Source: Lama guanicoe (Eukaryota). Taken from it: DNA of 64,000 nt. Under the pieces are notes generated by a model that was not told where the DNA came from, did no database searches, and saw nothing but the letters and a program-made list of their open reading frames with translations. The translations under genes were made by a program, and so were the position numbers. The stretch's first letter is position 1. Each line of letters opens with the position of its first letter. The stretch lies in contig MU053379.1 of NCBI GenBank assembly GCA_013239625.1, positions 4,960,714 to 5,024,713 of the forward strand, read 5' to 3'. This document shows, in pieces, positions 60,701 to 64,000 of this stretch.

Positions 60701-63700
60701 CCCCAGCCCTGAAGGCAGACGCATCAGATTACTCCAGGGAGAAGCAGTCGGGGAGAGTGGGAGGAGGGGCCGAGAGGAGGGGCAGTAGAGGGGGCGGTGG
60801 TCAGCACATCCGGAGGAGCAGACACCCCACCTCCTCCTCTCCGCCCGGCAGCTTCCAACCAGAGCTCGCAGGCGGCTCTTACTGAGCCCACATCAGGGCA
60901 GGCAGAGGGGCCAAGGGCCAACATCCCCAGGGGCCGCCCCAGCCAACCACAGACTATGGTTAGCGGGTGGAGACCTCAGCTTTCCCCCAGCCAGGCTCCC
61001 GGGGCCCCCATCAGGCCTGAACCGAGTGCCTATAAAGAAAGCGGAGTCTATAGGCTGGACTGGCCCTGTCCCCACCCCGTCCCCTCCCCCAGTCCCGCTC
61101 AGGGCTCCCAGGATCACAGGATCCCAGCGACACCCCCTGCACCAAATCCTCATTCAGGTCTGCGGTGCCGACCCCAAGTCTGAATCCGGCGCCTTCGGTC
61201 TCAGCGCCCAAGCCAGGGGAACGTGCAGCCCTCGGCTTGGAGACCGCGGTTACTGCTGCGCCCCCTTGCCCCCGGATCCCATGAGGCCACAGGACATCTG
61301 GGGCTGCGCCGACGCTCGGGGCCGTCTTTCCACCCACCCAGGGACCAACAGCGTCTCAGTGCAGGGAGGCGAGGGGCCCTGGGACGGTCCTGTGGGCCAC
61401 GTGGTGGGGCCCCACCCCCAGTTTGCTTCGCATTCCACACCCCCTCCTCAGGAAGGCTAAGCTCCTCCCACCAGCACTGTCGCCCATCGTCCCCCACGCA
61501 GAGCCCCCAGGACCTGCTCTCCGGCCTCTGTCCCCTCCCTGCCTTGACCCCGAGCTCTGGCCACACCTCCCAGCTCCACTCCCAGCCCCTCCCACCCCAC
61601 CCCACTCTCATTGACGAGACACTGCTGAGGCCAGACCTCGTAGGGCAGCGCCTCCACCCCACCCCCACCACTTCCCGGCTTGGCTCTCGAAATCCTCCTG
61701 GGACAGCTCATCCCAGCAACGGATGCGGACAGCTGGAGGCTCTTCCCGCCCGCGCAGGGCACTCAGCGCAGACGGAGGTGCCTGCGGTCAACAGTAGTGC
61801 TGTCTCGCTCACCTGTGGCCTGGGCGCTGTCCCCTGGAGGGAGCCCGAAAGCCGGCCTGGGACTGCGGCCCTGAGACCTGCGGGCGGAGGAAGGAGATGC
61901 GGCCGGGAGGAGGGAGCGGGTTGGGGGCACAGGCCTGGGAACCGGCCACTCTGCGAGTGAGCCCCTGTATCTGGCTGGGTCCTAGTCCCTTTAAAGCCTC
62001 AGTTCCCCGCTCCCTGAATGGGGATGATAACGTCAAGGCCAAGGCTGCAGTGGGATGAGAGGCCAGCCTGGTCACTGCTGTGGTCTCATGAGGACCGCTT
62101 CCCCATCGCTGGGGCCGCTGAGGTGGAAAGCCTGCCGCTGCTGATGCCCCTTGGAGGAGGAATCTGCATGATCCAGAGAATTTTCTTTCAGCAACAGTTG
62201 TTAGAGGCAGGAGGCCTTGCTTCGATTAAGAGAGGATTCCAGACTCTCAGGCTTGGGTGGTTCCAGAGAGAAAAAATCTAGAACATTCCTCAAGTTCCCC
62301 CAGGAGCCCCAATATCTTGATCCCACGATTCCTGGAATCTCCTTAATTGAATTGCCTGACGAATCCCGCCCCGGGGTCTCTATGCCAGTCCCCGCACCCA
62401 CTCCAAGCAGGGGACACCCCGGACTGCCACCCTCAATGGTACGCGTCCAGACAGACGGCCACCCCCTTTGTGTGAAGGGAGACTGGTAACGGGCAGTCGG
62501 AGTGTCCTCTGAGAAGACAAAAGACCCGCTGGAGTGTGCAACCATTCGGGGCAGCCGCCACTCCCTCCCCAGGCGGCTGGGGCCTGCGCTGTCCGAGACC
62601 AGCTGCCACGTCCTGGGAGAAGAATGGAGCCGGCGTGTGGGCGGGACAAAAGCCACCGGCTGACCTGGCCAGCCTGCCTCGCAGGGCATCCTCGGCATCT
62701 GGGTCCCCAGGGCTGCCTCTGTTTAACTATCACAACTTCAGTCTTGGGGAGACAACAATGTTTGCAGAACTCAAATGGGCCGTGAGACTAAATTAATTCC
62801 CAAGGTGGCCAGAACCAAGATGCTAATTGGCTTGGCTAATGGCCCTTCCCCCACCAAACAGATTGCCTCATTCTTCAGGCGACTAATTATTAGCTGAAGC
62901 CATGAATAGAAAGAGATGGAAAGGACCTGTCACCTCCCGCTTAGTAAATGTTAAAGCTTTGTTCTTCGCAGGCACAGTAAAGGACCAGGGCCTGTGGTGG
63001 CGGGGGGCCAGGGATGAGGAGCTAGTCAGGGATCCCATGGGTACAGACTGGGTGGTGCTGGGGGCCGAAAGCCATGTCATCTCAGGCCCTGACAAATTCA
63101 GGCTTTGGACAGACTGACCAAGCTCGTATAGGAGTCTGGGTTTTTACAAAGCAGGAGTGTAACGCTGACGTACACTGTCAGATTTTAAAAGTTAAAAGGT
63201 GCTTCCTACTACTTTTAACTGGTGTCCCATTATGAGGCCACATATTTACACCATAAATTAATATTTTCCACAAATTCAGAAGGGCATGACTTCACTGCAC
63301 TGTATTTCAGTGTATTGAAGGCATCACTGGTTAAGTGCAAATAACTGACATCTACTGCAACTTTTCAGTCACCCATCTTCGCCCCACATCTTATGCAAAA
63401 TTCCAAAGACACAGGAAGCTCACCGTGAACCCCACTGAGCCCTCACACATTCTCCAGGTCTTACACCTGTGCTGTGTCTGCCTCACCACAGATCGCTCCC
63501 TCTGTCCTCGTCAGGCCCTCGAGCTTGGCACCCAAGTTGCTGACATCGTGTCCTTCCACCAAACACACCAGCACGTGTGTCATTAACCAGAGGTGAGCAG
63601 GGGCGGGGGGCATTTTCAGGTAAACCACATACAAGGTCACACGACTCCAGAGTGCCCAGTTCCAGAGCCTGGACAAAAGTGTGCAGCCCCCGGGGCCAAC

Positions 63701-63821
63701 CTTCCCACGATGCTCAACATTTCAGCTCCTTAAAAGCTCTCTGGCCCCTTCTAGTCAACTCAGTCCCACCCCATAGGCAACAACTATTGATTTTTTTCCA
63801 CTGTAGTCACAACCTACTTTT

Positions 63822-63960
63822 TTTGTTTTGTTTTGTTGAGGGGGTGGTAATTAGGCTTAATACTTTTACTTATTTATTTGTTAATGGTGGTGCTGAGGAC
63901 TGAACCCAGGACCTCGTGCATGCTAGGCACATGCTCCTCCACTGAGCTGTGCCCTCCCCC
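63822..63960 (-). mobile_element. tRNA-Ala-derived SINE (Vic-1-like)
   Basis: tRNA-Ala-like head on the minus strand. TSD cacaacctactttt (63808-63821) / cacagcctactttt (63961-63974). Confidence 0.9.
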
Positions 63961-64000
63961 CACAGCCTACTTTTGCTATTTGCATTTTAATATTCCTGGA

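Overview
Mammalian genomic DNA, most likely a camelid (alpaca/llama/camel), judged from seven copies of a tRNA-Ala-derived SINE matching Vic-1. Two protein-coding genes lie on the minus strand. ACSS1 (mitochondrial acetyl-CoA synthetase) contributes its first two coding exons (14897-14606, 6872-6776) and continues off the left edge. VSX1 (paired-like/CVC homeobox) is complete: five exons from ATG 31657 to stop 26178, 1089-nt CDS, 362 aa, with TATA, CCAAT and a poly(A) signal. The rest is non-coding: CpG islands, a full-length U6 pseudogene, nested ERV-LTR/L1/SINE insertions, old DNA-transposon fossils, microsatellites and a 12-bp minisatellite. Almost all ORF-track entries are spurious GC-rich frames. 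I found no convincing new multi-gene system. The most unusual signals are: (1) a polyadenylated, TSD-flanked retrocopy of an ERV LTR transcript end; (2) a remodelled CVC domain and altered conserved motifs in VSX1; (3) a strong AT-to-GC substitution bias in the U6 pseudogene; (4) a perfect DR4 plus ERRE in a solo LTR upstream of ACSS1; (5) a candidate intronic-polyadenylation VSX1 isoform. Comparisons with human proteins and repeat consensi are from memory and need database confirmation; repeat boundaries are approximate unless TSDs are given.
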